This document shows, piece after piece, positions 13,601-27,574 of a stretch of 64,000 bases of DNA. Source of the stretch: Ramazzottius varieornatus (lineage: Eukaryota > Animalia > Tardigrada); NCBI GenBank assembly GCA_001949185.1, contig BDGG01000001.1, forward strand, positions 9,182,464 through 9,246,463. The letters run 5' to 3'. The position numbers and the translations under genes were made by a program. Within the stretch, counting starts at the first letter, position 1. Each line of letters starts with the position of its first letter. Under the pieces are notes generated by a model. It was given only the letters and a program-made list of their open reading frames with translations, searched no databases and was not told where the DNA came from.

Positions 13601-16600
13601 CCAAAGAGCGTCTCAGCTGTGCTGATGTTGAGGATATCACCGGCGGCGTTGGTTACGTATGTGACGGCAGAAGAGGCCGTTGCTGGCGGCCGAGATGTGC
13701 TGCTGAACGCTGCGCTACCACCACGACGTAAGGCATCCAGTACGGTTGACCATTGGTCCGATGTGCCTGCACTGCTGGGCTGCATCAGCTGACTTTCCGG
13801 ATTAGCCAGTCCTTGCTGTCCCTGTCCGTAACTTTGGAGAGGACCGACGTACCCCCAGCCCGAGGAGGGAATGGAGAGGACAGTCAAGTTAGCCCGACTT
13901 GCGGCTGCTGCTGCTGAGGAACCCTGTTGAGGTACAGGGGATGCGCTGCCGGCAAGAGTGTAACCCAAGACTTGATCCGTTCGTCGTGTTGTCACTTCCG
14001 GTGGGTAGTACGTGCCAGTTATGGTAACACCTGGTAGAATCGTTGTTCGTCCTGTAAAAGAGAAGGCGTGCCTCGCATATCAAAACCATTACAAGCATAG
14101 AAGGTATTCGGCTTTGATCAAAAGTTTACCGGTATCGGCCCGGGTATCCCCCATAGCGAAGGGCGAGAGACGAGAGCCGGCGTTACCCATAAAGGAAAAT
14201 TGTGCAGGTCGGTATCCATACAAACTAGTTTGAGGCCCATCTTGTCGACCTAGTGCAATATACAACAAAATCAAATACTGGATGATTCTTATCGGAAAAA
14301 AGACTTCTGCCTCACCTTCTTGCAGTGGCCGAGGCGGTCCCATTGTCACGCTGAGAGGGTTGATACAGTCGTCACATTGGGTAACCGGTCGGCGGTAAGC
14401 GGAAGTGTTGACGGTGGGGTCAGTTCCGTTTGCTGCTCTGATAACTCCAGAACTGAAGATGTTCGTGGCGTTATTACCGGCCTTCCAGACGGCATAACCC
14501 GGATGACTTTCCAAAGAGACGTAGGTCATGTTTGCCCTACTGGTCGGAGAAGTCAGCAAGGCTGGAAAAAGAGAAGGCAAGCGTCGTCAGCAATAATACC
14601 TCAGTCAGCAGTATGTTGGGCTGTGATAGCTACCAGAAGAGACACAACCACTTTGATCCCAATAGTAGGTTGCAAAACAGGCGCAGCTGTAACCTTTCAT
14701 GCTGTCGGTGCAGAGGGCCTTCTGGCCACAGCGGTACTGCGGCCAAGCGGCACCCAGTGCACATTCGTCGATAAACTCGGGCACTTCATCCGAGCCATCG
14801 GCACAATCCTCGCCACCGTCCAATACTCGGTCCGGTGACAAGCAAGCCGTACGATCGGCACACATGAACTTGGCAGAGGTGGGATTGCGCAAGCAACTTG
14901 GCGGCAAAGAGACGTTGGGCATGATGCGATAGGCGGTGAAGGCGTTGCCGGAAGCGTTCCAGACTTTTACCGGCGTGATAATGCTGCCATCAGCTACGGA
15001 GACGTCGCTGGCGTCGGTCAGGACAAGCGGCTGCTGCTGGACGGGAGACGAGGTGGGCAGGTAGCCGTACAAGGCGCCACTGTCCGTATATCCGTGAAAA
15101 CCTAGGGCTGTAATCACACTGCATTGTCATCACCATCACAAACCACCACTACACACAACTCTAGTAGATCATCGTCTTATCGATGGAAACAAGGAGCGTC
15201 GAGTGCCACGGCAAAACCATTAGCGCTCTTTAGACTAGCTGAACCTTTCCTGATGTTACTGTGGCTGGTAATTGATAATTGTTAGTCAGATGGAAAGGCT
15301 TGACGCTAAGTGGAGGCATCATTACCTGTATCGGGGTTCTCCCACATATCCAGTTGGTTGTTATGACTTTGGAAGGCACCACTGATGGAGTAGTCTGGTT
15401 GCTGATGGAGCGAAGTGATGTTTAGCTGATTGGCAGCTGCACTGGCCTGTGCCAGCGCGAAGGAAGCTTGTGTTGCGGCCCGCCGAGCCTCATCGGATGT
15501 GAAGACGCCCGGTGGGAACTCAATCTTGCCATGGTTAATCTTCAAGCACCACACTTGCGCCGCTTCCTTGATCATTACCGTCCCAGCCGGACAATTCATC
15601 GTTGAATTGGGCGGCGGCCAGACCTATAGTCAAATGGCATATTACTCCAACTCTTCTTACTCCTCCTCCCTCAAAGGCCCCCTCCCCTCTACGGGGCATA
15701 CCTGCAGTGTTGTCTGTGGTGTCTTGGCGCTGCTTTCTTGCCGTTGTTGGCGGACGCCACCTTCTGTGCTTGGTGTAGCTTCGAAATTGTTAAAGGGATG
15801 AAGGTTATGAAGCCGGCCCAGTATCTGATGGCTTAATGTGGCTAAATCAGGCCGACCACGTTGGAGGTTATCATTATTATCATGTTTGAGCGTGCGAATA
15901 ATGAGCGGCGCCGGTGAGGAGTGGAGGACGGCGGGGAGGTTTAGAGGAGCTGGTTGGCATGTGTCGCCGGGACCGATATAGCCCACCTTGCACTGACAGG
16001 CATAACCGCTAGGACGGTCCAGACAATCAGCAAAGCGGGAACAACGGTAGTCGCTGTAATGGACGGCGTAATCACAAATGTTAACGTGACGGACATCTTC
16101 GTCCGAACCATCGGGACAATCGGTCATGCCGTCGCGGACACTTTCCGGCCGGATACACAGGTTGCTGTTGGACAGGCAGTGGAAGGAGAAGGTGGGCGAT
16201 GAACAGTCAATCTGTGCTGCTATGGGTCGTGCCAGCCGGATACGTGACAATGGCTCCTGGAACTGACCTTGGCCTATCAACAGCAAAACGTACCCCCCTT
16301 CATGTGCTACTCACAAAGGTCAACTGTCAAAACTAGATTGGCAAACGAAACGGTAATCCCCCAGGTACTCGGCCTAAAGCTACGGAGACTTCTTACACAT
16401 TCACCGTCTATCTGTGTACCCACAAACTTTATCTCTTTTCAATACCGGCGAATTGGTACTATAAATATGAAAGATGGCCTGCTCCCGCGTGGTTGGAAAG
16501 GTCTCGTTTGTCGACCCTAAGCCAAATGCTGATTATACTGGGTTGGATCACATGATAAAAACAACATCAGGAACAACGTTATCAACATCAATAACGGAAT

Positions 16601-16654
16601 AATCGGTGATAATAAGATGGTCAGAGATAGCATCGCTAGTGGAAATACGTTCAT
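7679..16654 (-). CDS. large multi-exon single-pass transmembrane mucin-like protein (2x LDLa-like+EGF, S/T/P/A-rich stalk, EGF-like, SEA, Ca-binding EGF, TM, long acidic/Ser-rich cytoplasmic tail); 5' end uncertain
   Basis: GT-AG exons join in frame at the junctions I checked. LDLa-like DGMTDCPDGSDE and DGGEDCADGSDE are each followed by an EGF; SEA motif GFSAGSVV (about 12100); cbEGF DVSECDLDAPVCDVNADCRNSFGSFACVC; TM ILLIIALVILGIVVLAILICLFAW; last exon ...STWWRLRK* with stop at 7679-7681. The first exon(s) above 16272 could not be resolved. Confidence 0.75.
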
Positions 16655-19600
16655 GTTAGCGGCGTGAAAATCAGTCATTCTACCTCTTCGTATTCACTTC
16701 TGGGTGAACCTGTGATTCCCGTAACCGGCCTCGTTCGCGTCATTGTTCCCGCCCGATTTGTCGACCAATTTAAGCAAGGAGGTGCGGGTTTCCCCGTTGT
16801 GTAAGAAACTGTTGCCGGCTTCCTCTGTTCAAGTTGACAAGAGCGGTAGCGTGAAATACCCTGCTGCCGACAGGGTCCAAGTGGACATGCAAGGTAGCGG
16901 TCGACCTAAGCCTGGCTATCGCTCAAGCCACCTCTTCATACTTCCACATCTAAGGAAGTGGCGACCTCAGAGAGCGCGGCTCGACCCACAACGCCGACAT
17001 CGGCATCACGGCATCCGCGACAGCCGACTGTAACGCCCTTTAAGCCCTCAACGTCCAGCTTTCAGTCGTGGCTTCCGGCGACGCTACCCTCAAGGCGCAA
17101 AACAGCCTCAGCATTACGATCATCGGTTCGGACAACGTCTCAAATACAGAGGAAACGTCACACAGCGTGTGGTGGTAATTATTCGTATTTTGTTATGGAA
17201 TCGCGTGATCGCCGCAGCAGAAGCCAAGTCTCCTCCACTGTCTCTGGATCATCGACCATCACTCCGACCATCAGAAAGAATACCAAAACAAAAACTTTGA
17301 CTGAGTTGTCCTACTGTTTGCCCAAAGCGTTATTGTGAGAGAAATTTGGAGTAGGTGTCGAGCTGACCGTAAAGGGGTTCGTTAACTCCATCAGACGTTC
17401 GCCCACCACACCACTCTCTGATCCTGAACTTTGATTTGTCAACATGATCTTCCTCTTTTGACACTGCAGCAAGCGTTGGACGCTGGCTGGGACTATTGAC
17501 CCAGTTGGTTACGTTCGTGGCATTCAAATATGTAAAGCATTCTACTGTATCAATCTGCAGGTCCTAGACCGCTCTTTGCAATATTCTGTAGTAGTGGGGG
17601 AAAGCCTTATTGTAGCTGCAGCGGAAGGTACTAGAGGCCTCAATGGTTACGTGATGCGGGAGATCAAGCTTTCTATAAAAGGATCATGCAACGCTGACAA
17701 CAGCTTGAAAGGAAGGTTAACGGACGTCCTCCATGGCATAGATTGTCCCTCTTTCGTTAGCTCACGCAACGGGGCAACCCAAGAGCTATCCCTAACGTCA
17801 GCTAGCCTCCTGGCCAAGTAAGGTAAGACCGCACATTCATTGCCCTCACCATCGATTGCTATTACGACACCTGTCACTACACCACTCTGCTGACGCAGCA
17901 AGGTAAATGACTCAAGTTCTAATCTTGGGAATAACAAGAGGAAAACGCCGGCCTTCGTCCACTATCTTGTCAGACGTTCCAACTTCCGCCGACTACCGCA
18001 CTAGCCCAACCGCCGCCATGTCACATCCTAATCTTACTCATCAGACGTTGCAGATTTACCTCAAAAATTAAAGTAACTGTTATACAGTTTCACGCTCGAT
18101 CCTGGCAAAGCTCGGGGAAAAACAAGGCTTTTGGCTGATACCAAGGATTGGCATCAGTTTTCTGGCCCGTTTTTTCTTCCGTCGACTTAGCAGACTTAGC
18201 AGCGAAAGACCCCTGTTCCCTGCGTGTACAATGGTATGAGATGTTTTCGGCCTTAACTATTCGGACTTACCTAGATCGAGAAGATCCAAGAGTAGAGCGA
18301 TCCTCCAGAGAAATAGCGCTGAGAGGCGAACTTCCATTCTCGACAATAATCTCATGTCCCACTTGTCCTCTCAGCATCCATTATCGCATTTTCATGATGT
18401 AACCCTGTTCTAATCAGAGAAGTAGCGATGAGGTTTGATGCGGATGTGTGTTAGACAGATGGACAAAAGATCTTCTGACAAAACAATAATACCCCAATTG
18501 GTAAAGACCTGCAGGACGCGCTTAGTCCACACGTTTCATCTGTACAAATGTCTGCCATCCGACAGTATCGTCCGTCGTCAAAGGCGAAGGAAATGATCCA
18601 TTTGAGGGTAGGGTAGGTCAATCGACGCGTTACTTAACACCAAACATGGTAATACTGTATACAGCTGCGGGGATGGATGATAGCGCCGGAGATCCTCCTG
18701 GAAAGGTATAAGCCAGGTAGTGAAAAATGGGAGTTGATTCACCAGTGCGCCAACGCGCTGTATTATGCATGATGGCTGGCGTAAAGTATATACCTACAGG
18801 AAATGGAGAGCCATTATACCGAGATGACACCAGCCTGCGGAGCTTGCTGCAACGGTGCGTCTACAGGACTTAGACGAAAGATGCAACATCCCAGAGTATC
18901 AAAGCTTTTCCCCCGATTAGCTGATGTGATACGTCATAGTCGGAATACAGCTGCTGTACGAATACACACAACGGATTACGGAACCGCGATGACGTCCTAC
19001 GGGCAAACAGACTCACCTGCGTGATGTGGGCAAGAGATGATTCATTTCTGGATCCATAAAAGGGGATAAAGACCCTTTCGATCGATCGGCGTAGTCATAC
19101 AGGTGAGTCCGCGGGATTATCGATTCCATGATCCACGCAATCCACCAAAGCATTAGTCCTGGTTTCATGCCTGAGCTGGCTTGAATGGAAGATACGGGAT
19201 CAGTCGTGACAGCCTCTGGTGCCAACAGTAACGTCCATTCGACAGACATCGCTGCCACGCTCCGGCGCACCTGTTGCTGTAACGCTTTCATCCCAGTCTC
19301 GCACATTTGCTCCGACTTATTTCCCACATCTGGTGTATCCTTGTCCGTCAATATGGTGATCCCCTCGACCGCAATCCAAACGATGCACTTACCGAACATA
19401 ACCACCGTGACAAAGCCTGAGCCACCACTCTTTCCTCCAGCATGATTCCACAGGCAAATCGCTTTCCCTACTAGCTGCTAACAACGGTATCACACTATCG
19501 ACAAGAACATTCGCCAAGCCCAAGATTCAAGCTTTTAGTAGCCGCAAGTGTCGGCTTTGCAAGTGTTGTGATTGCGAAAAAAAGAGGAATGCGTCGGTGA

Positions 19601-20145
19601 TTCAGGGCAGCGAGGTCCATTTAACTATTTGCATCATACGGCCTGCAGGGTGTTGCCGCTATTTTGCAAAAGCGAGAAACCAGTGTTGGACGGGAGATTC
19701 AGCCTGCCTAATTGAGCTGGGCTGTGCTTGATCTTGGACAGCCGTTCTGTGTTGTCGATAATTCACTGTTCAAGTCACCCGTCCAACGCTGCGGGAAACG
19801 GGAGTCCATATCCGGCATACGTATCAGAAATAGGAATCGGTGGATGTTTCTCCCGATTCTTCGTGCAAACCGGATTACAAGTATGAGTATTAGCGGATTG
19901 CTGTACACTAATAACCAATTGGTGTAATTTGTACGCTTAGAAGTTAAGCATGTTTTAGCAGAAAACGCGTTTCTGTGCTAACAAGCTCCAAGAGAACCGA
20001 CCAGCAACTTTAATAATATAGGAAGCACATCTAGCAAAGTCTTGATTTTTCGTACTGTTTCAGTTGCATTAGCGTCCTGATTTCGGTACAGACTATACAG
20101 ATGTTCTAGATGATATATAGCTCGCACTTGCAGTTAAACGTATAA

Positions 20146-21363
20146 TTAGACGATGTGCTTCAACGCGTACTTTATACCTGAAAGCAAACACAGTCTCCGT
20201 TGCATTTTGTATTTATCAACAAGTATCCAGCTGTTACCTTTGGGGATTGCCAGCGTATCGACCGTATTCTGATACTCGCGAGCCAAAGCCAGTCTTTCGT
20301 TCGTCGAGGCTGTGCGCATTCGAGCAGCATAATTGCTTAGAACACGACCCAAACCTGTTGAAAAAGATTGAAAGATAAATCAGAAAGGGCTGTAGGAGCA
20401 CAAGAGATTAGGGCTTTTGCTGCCGTGATGGGAGCAGGGATCTTCTTACCTGTGTTCTCTAATCCGGCCATTTGCACTTGCGAGGCTACAAAAGAATAAA
20501 TAGAGCTTGTTTTGTTCCCTGATAGAAGAGTTGTGTAGCCAGAATATACTTGGAATGGTCCGCGCGGTATCGATAGCCCGCAGATCTGCGGGGTCGACAG
20601 TCACACCTGATCGTTGGAGAGCCAGACTGGAGCGTTGGTCAAGCATCGAAGCCCCGACCATTCGAGACAAGAAATAGACCCGAAGGAAGGCCGTCAACTG
20701 CTCCTTATTCAAGCTGGTCAAAAAGTCAGCGGCGTATCCACTCAACAAATCCAAGTTTGCGGTGGGTGGACGATAGATCGAAGACGTCATAGGTTGGCCG
20801 GGAGCTGGAAAAGATTGTATGTTACGTCTCTGCATACCCAAAGCAGGTAGCAAGTACAGAATTAACCTGCGGCTACTGCTGCTGAAGGATTCCAGACGGC
20901 TGCTGGTGCGACGGCAGGACTGGGAGTGAAGATGGAAGGCGGAGCAGGGGCTGGCTGTGCAACTGCCGGTGTTTGGATCGGTGCCGTGGCGGCTGGTAGT
21001 GCCCCGACTGGTGTCGATCCTTGTGGATTAAAAATGCTGGTGGCGACCGCGGAGGGAGCCAAGGCCGGAGATGGAGCAAATATCGACGTCGTTGCTGGTG
21101 CTGGCGCTAGCGCGGTTGCGGGGTTGTTATTAACAACAATAGGGATGAAGCCCGGTGTTCCCGGCGCCGGTGCAGGAGCTATAGCCGGCAAGAGAGAATG
21201 AACCAACCAAGTCAACCATCAATGACTACTAGAGGGTAAAGTTGAACATACCGAAAGACTGGCCATAAGATCTTGTTGTCAACTGCAGGAAAGCCACAAC
21301 CACCGCAGACATTATCAGTGGACTGCCGGAAAACGCGCTTGAGCCAACCAAGGGAAGACCCAT
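20146..21363 (-). CDS. secreted Pro/Ala-rich protein with a globular C-terminal region, unknown function (5 exons)
   Basis: ATG at 21363 with hydrophobic leader (LIMSAVVVAFLQL), GT-AG introns, an APAP-repeat exon, then non-repetitive exons ending GIKYALKHIV*. Confidence 0.65.
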
Positions 21364-21840
21364 TTCACTTCCTAGTCAGCACCTCCCGATCTGCTCTTCA
21401 CTAAGTAGGCCTAAGTTTCCCCGGCTTGTAGAATCCCCACCAGCTGAGAGAGCTTGAACGTTTGGAAAAGCAATCCGTCAACAAGTTCTTCGCTAAGGTT
21501 GGGAAGTCAAAACAAACAAGGCTAACAAGTCGAAGCCTAGAGAACGGTGTCTTCTGCCTGTCGGAAGTTCAAGTGCACAATGTCCAACCTAAATCCTGTT
21601 GAACTAGCACCAGTGCCAAAAGTACAGCAACTTCACCCAGGGGAAGTGCCAAAATAATGAGAAAGGTCTTGAGTTCTGAAGTACTCGATATTATGCTTAA
21701 CTTAAGCGACAAAAGCGGTTCGTGACAATCGCCAAAAACTCGACAAGTATGCTATTATGCAACCTTCATCTGTCTTGTAGAGCTCTCATTAGCACCGATC
21801 CGGAACATGGGAAGTCGTCGGGAAAAGCCGATGGTGGCGG

Positions 21841-23498
21841 TTATACATCAGAAGAAGCCAACTGCTCCAGCATAAGATCGTACTCATCCACATGACTGTG
21901 CATCTTGCAGCGCTTCTTCCCGCAGCCACTTTTCTTTCCGCTTTGCAATGCTCCACCTGCGGTGAAAGCTCTGCGTTCTTGATTAGGAAGGTCGGTTAGC
22001 AGACTATGTCGTGTCTTACTGGGTACATAACCCAGCGACCTCGGCGATCGGCTATCCTGTGCCTTTATCGTCTTACTGGAAAAAGATTTTGGGCGATTGG
22101 GTAGCGTCATGCTCTTCTTCTGCACTTGACTGTTTTCCGCTGCGACGGACGTCCTTCTTTTCTGGACTGCCGGTGACTGTTCAGCCGAGACCGTGGAGGA
22201 AGTGTCGTCGTCATCTTCATCGTCGAGATGATCTAACTGACAGGCGGGAGCGAAGCTGGACTTGGAGACGGGCATCATCACTGCAGTGAGGGGATCCATC
22301 ACATCCGTTAGTTCGCCCTCCATGGCCTGCCCATCTTCGCCGGAGTCGGAGGGCACACATCCTCGCTTGCTGCTTTCCAGTATTAGGTTGGGGTCGGGGC
22401 CAACGGATGAAGAGCCTCTGAGAATATTCATTTGTGTACGGAAGCTGGCAATGTCTTCACCCATGTCCAACTTCTTGGCGGCGTTGTAGGCGTGGGTGTA
22501 CAGCCGAACCGCTCGCGTGTGAAAGGCTAGCTCGATTTCACAAAAGTTCATTAATAACCTATAAAGGAAGGGAAGAAAGTCAATGTAACAATCTCCGAGA
22601 AGTCTTTACCTTGAAACATGAGGTAGCGAGGTTACCTGCGGACATCTTCTAGCCTCGTCTGTTCAAATTTATCAGCTTCCCTCAGCAGTACATCATGAGC
22701 CCGTTGGGCATCCAAGGCTGCCACAGCCGCGCTATCCTTCTTATGCTGGCGAGCTTGGTCGTTAGCATCGCCCGGCGATTTGCTATTCATCCTTTGCAGC
22801 TGCTCCTGAAACTTTTGCTCCTTGTCCCTGATCTGTACGCCCTTCTGCACTTCCTCCTTGATGGTATGACACATGGTGCCGTACTTGGCGAAGCCGCCGA
22901 CCACTTTGGCCTCGATGCGCAGGACTCGAGCATGCATGTGATCCTGCACAGCGGCTAAGAAGCCGCTGTACTCGGTCAGTTGCTTCTTGGTCAGCGGCGA
23001 ATGAGCTTGCGTCTCGGAGAACTGGGCGATGCATCGTGCCAGAAGGTCACCTTGGTCTCGTAACGCTGCCAGTGTTCGGCCATATGCCGCAAACTAAAGA
23101 CCAAACCATCATATGCTTTCCAAGCTCGATGATAGCAGTTCAGTACTGTATACATCATGGTCTTCGATACTTACTCCGCTACAAAACTTGCCAAAATATA
23201 GGCTAGTGTTGCTGGTGTGTCCTTTGATGATTTTTGACTGAAATTCCAATGCTGTTGGATCGTAAGTATTCTTCCTGGGGACATCCAATGGATCAAGAGG
23301 GACGACTGGGTCGGGGTTGAGAGTCTGCTGGCTGGCCTTACCCGTGGCGGCAATAGCTTGAGTGGACTTTTTAATGGTCGAGTGCTTGCTACTGGTAGGC
23401 TGCGGCAAGGTGGAAGGTCTACTGGTGGCAGTAATGGGGCCTGTCTCCTTCTCCGTGTCCGTCGTCCCCGCAGTCGTGGCTTCCTCGGTGCTCATCAT
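21841..23498 (-). CDS. FAM92: FAM92/CIBAR family BAR-domain protein
   Basis: Spliced product contains FAAYGRTLAALRDQGDLLA, FLAAVQDHMHARVLRIEAKVV, DKFEQTRLEDVRRLLMNFCEIELAFHTRAVRLYT, matching FAM92A/B helical motifs. Confidence 0.85.
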
Positions 23499-23989
23499 TG
23501 CTGGGCTTCAGGTAAGACAACTTGGCAAAGATGGACTTGATAAAAGCGCCTTGCACTGTGACAGTCAACGTCATTTCCCTCCAGTGCCACATGGTGACGC
23601 TCACTGCCAAACGCCTGCAAAAGGCTGGCCCCAATCGAATGGTAGCGCTACCCACCTTCCTCTATCACAATTTGTTACCACGGTCACTAGATCTGGCTCA
23701 TCGATAGACGATATAGCATGATCGCTCATTTAACCAATTTAGTAGTGCGGACTTCCGGCTGATAATTCAGCAAGAGAACCGACAACAAACTACAACAGAC
23801 GACAAAGCAAGTACCAGTAGGTCAAGAGCAGCTACACACAACATCAGCCGACGTTCCCATGACATAATTATGATACTTTGGATGTATACTACGGTGACAA
23901 ATAAAAGGATGAGGCGAAGGGAAGGAAGAAATGTCGCCGTTAGTAAGAGGGTACAAGGCGTTCAAGGAGATGGGATAAGGGCTAACTCT

Positions 23990-26900
23990 TCATTCCTCCT
24001 CCTCTTCTTCTTCTTCCTCCTCTTCGGACAGTATTCGGTCCTCCTCCTTCTCCTCTCCTTCCTCGTCAGCCTTTTCGGCTTCTTGTGCGGCCTGGTACAG
24101 CTCCATATCTTCGCCTTCGTAGGCGGTAAACTCCTCCTGTCCTTCCAAGAGGTCTTGCTCAGCTTGCTCTTCCAGCACTGACACTTTGCCCTTCTACAAC
24201 AACAACAAGAAGGAGACGCTGGGTGCTGCTACAGTACACTTTACCAGAGATTGAATTGATGGTATAAACTGTCTCTACCTTGGTTGACTTCTTTGCTGAC
24301 GTCGTCTTCTTGGCTGCTCTGGCGGCCTTCCTGGCGGCCTTCTTGCGTTCCTTGGCGTTGAGGGCGGCCTTGGCCTTCTTGCTGATCCTGGTGATCTTGA
24401 TCACTTTGACACCGGGTTCGGTCATGTCAATCTCCTCCACTTCTTCTTCGGAATCGATGGCTGCTTCGCGTTCTTGCCGTGTCTGATGAGGCTTGCCCGA
24501 GGCCTTGGCCATCTTCTCACGGACCAAGCCATGCTCACGCGTCATGTGGGTGCACAGAGCTTGGTAGTTGCTCTGCTTGGCGAAGCTGCAGCCTTGGATG
24601 GGGCAGACGTAGATGAAGGTGGCGTTGGGATGCGTCTCCGAGTGGGCCAAGGCCATGTGCTTCTTCAGCTCGTACAGCACATTGTGCGAAAAGCCACAAC
24701 CCGCCACCGGACACCAAAACTCACCAGCTTGCTGCCATACAAAGACAGAACACGACTGTTAGTCCACTGTCAGCAAAAAGCTCATGCCCTAGCCTACAAG
24801 TATTCCTTCAGCACAAGCATATGCCCGTATGCAGCTGCCTGATGTGCCTAGTCACTGGGCCCTACTTTCACGTAGCTGCATACAAAGGGAGCTACTGCAT
24901 GACTGACCAACTGTGTGCCAGTGCTTGCATCGAGGTGGATGGTGCTATCTAGAAGGGCAAAGGCCGATATAGAGGGCTTACTTACCGTCGGTCGTCCAAC
25001 AATGCGGATAGGTGTGCGGCCATCAGGGCGCGTCTCTTCGATGGCCTTCAACGACTTGGTGGCTGTCTCCTCCAGCCCCTCCTTGGCGGCTTTGCCGTGG
25101 ACATTCTCGACGTGAAAGTACAGCGACTGGATGGGCCAGGCTTGCTCGTAGTTGCAGCCGGCAAAGGGGCAGCAGACCAGAATGTCCTGCATGCGGTTAA
25201 CCTTGGGGTGCTCGTTGAGGTAGTGGCGCATAATCTGCACTTTATCGGCCCCGCTAAAGGGCTTACTCTTGCTACACTCTGGGTAACGACAGCGAACCTG
25301 CGTCGGCTTGACCAACTGGTAGGGATTCAGCACCTGCAACAACAAACGACCATGACTATTTTCATTCCAAGGACGGAAGAAAATGGGCCACTGACGTCGG
25401 TGACGGCTTCCAAGCGCAGCAGTTCCGTCAAGTCGCGCGTATCTTGACCCTCTTCCACGTCATTCTTCTTGCGCAAGCGCGCCACCGCTCGCTCTTCCGC
25501 CGCCCACATTTCTGGATGAGCGCGCTTGGTGTGGCGCCAAATATTGGTGCCGGGAGCCTTGGAGCCGACATAGTTGCAGCCGACGACGGGGCACTTGAAG
25601 TAGAAGCAAGGGTTGGGATGAGTGCGGCGATGGAAGCGGCGAAAGTGACGCTTCAAGACCGACGTCGACGTGGCCTTGAAGGAGGCCGCCTTGGGACAAC
25701 CCCGGATGGGACAACGAACAGGCTCCAACACCATCTACAACCAAGACATTCCCTCTAGTCACCACGGCCATCAAGCTGAGCGACCATGTCCATTCTTACA
25801 CTTCGTGAGCCCATCATGATGACATCCGTTTCCGGTCCCTCGTCCTGCTTCTCATCATCTTCCCCTTCTGCCGAGTGCTGCGACGTTCCTTCTCCCTCAT
25901 GTTCTTCCATACTCTACAAGCAGCGACGCATCAGCAGCAAAAGAGGCAGACCAGAGTTTGCCGCTGAAGAACTCACCCGGTTAATCTGGGGTACCACCAT
26001 CTTTTCGGCCTTTTGCCGCTCCTCCAGCGCTTGTTGTTCTGCGATCCATTGGGGATGTTGGGCCTTAAGGTGGTAGTAGACGCGAAAGTTGCCAATGTCC
26101 GAGCTATAGGTGCAGTCGGCGACGGGGCAGCAGTAGACCAGGACAGGGTTGGGGTGGGTGAAGGAGTGCACCTTCTTAAAGTGCTCCAACAGCCGTTTGA
26201 TGCTGCTGCTCTTGTAAATCTGGAAGCCGGCCTGACAGACGGGCAACGGACACTTTAAGCCGCTCTTCTCCATCTACAGAGAGGGGGAGTTTAACAGTTA
26301 TACTGTAGGTAAAGTCATGGGAGTGGCCCCCTTACGTTGTAAACACCCAGGATGGGCACCGGTGTTCGGGGCAGCTGGCTGGGCAGCATGTCGTAGGTAA
26401 AGTCGTCCAGCGAGCGCTCCTCCACGGTGGCCCCCTCCTTCATGGCCTGCTCCACCTCCTTCAAGTAATCGCCGTGGACGTTCTTGACATGGGTGTACAG
26501 GCCGTAGGAGGGCTCATTGAAGGAGATGTAGTCGCAACCCTCGTATGGACACAGGTAGTTGAAGACGGGATTGGGATGGCTTTCGCCGTGGTACTTTTTA
26601 AAGTGCTTCAACAGCAAATCCCGATCCCAAGCACGGAAATCGCTCTGGGCGCACTCTGCCATCGGACAGCGCAAGGGAATCTTTCGAGTCTGCAATCATG
26701 GCACAAGAGACTGATACTAGTCCTTTCTCATGCTCAAAGTACAGAAGGCCAGCTTACATGCGGACTTCCCAGGACCAGTACGTGCTGTTGAGGACCACTT
26801 GGCTGTTCCTCATCCCGAGGCTGCCTGGCCTTCTTAGCTTTCTTGGCAGGAGTACATAGAAGAAGTTCCAAATCCTACACAAACAATGAGAGGATTGTTT

Positions 26901-27574
26901 TGCATGGCATGTTACCTCTGGAACATCTGACGGCACGACAGGTCAGCCAAAGATGTTAGGAAAGGGACACCAAATTCTGCCGATTAGCTCTCCATTGCTG
27001 GGCTTACCGTCACTTCTGCCGAGGCTTCTGCGGCGACAGGAACACTGTCTGGAAGATCGACCGGAAGCTGCAGTACCAAAAAAACAACAAAAATGTCAAG
27101 CAGAAATATCCCCTGGTGATGCAGATGGTGTTCTCTTTCGAGACGGTGTAGTAGCAGGTTGTCGCTTACCGAGCTTTCATCGCTTCTACCGCGTTTGCGT
27201 GTAGAGTGAACCTTAGTTGGTGTGGTATCCTTGGCTATTCTTGATCCCCGTGGTCGTCCTGGCTTTCCTTTGGGCTTGGTGGCAGGCGTCGATGACGCTG
27301 ATGCCTTGCCTGCGGGTGGCTTGCCCACGCCCGGTGGGACAATGATGACCGTTGGGGGCTGATAGGACCCAGGATGATGGGCATAGTCACTGGGAACAGT
27401 GACGGGAAGTCCATTGGCTTCGGCGATGGGTACGGCAATGACGGTCCTCGTCGGACGACTGGTGGAAGGCGTCAACGTCGACGGACCTCCCGACAGCAGG
27501 GCTAACTGCTTCTTCAACTCCTCGATGGTCCGGTTCTGCTCCTTGATCAGCTCATCCTTGCTCCTGCCTGCCAT
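23990..27574 (-). CDS. AT-hook and multi C2H2-like zinc-finger protein (5 double-finger modules, acidic tail)
   Basis: KPGRPRGS AT-hook in exon 1; five exons each carry C-x4-C...H-x4-H, a linker, then CP-x3-C...H-x4-H; poly-Glu C-terminus. Confidence 0.78.

Noticed and set aside
16743-19445. Possible genes in the 16.7-19.4 kb interval
   Set aside because: Some splice-like signals, but candidate exons hit stops in all joins tried and show no recognisable motifs
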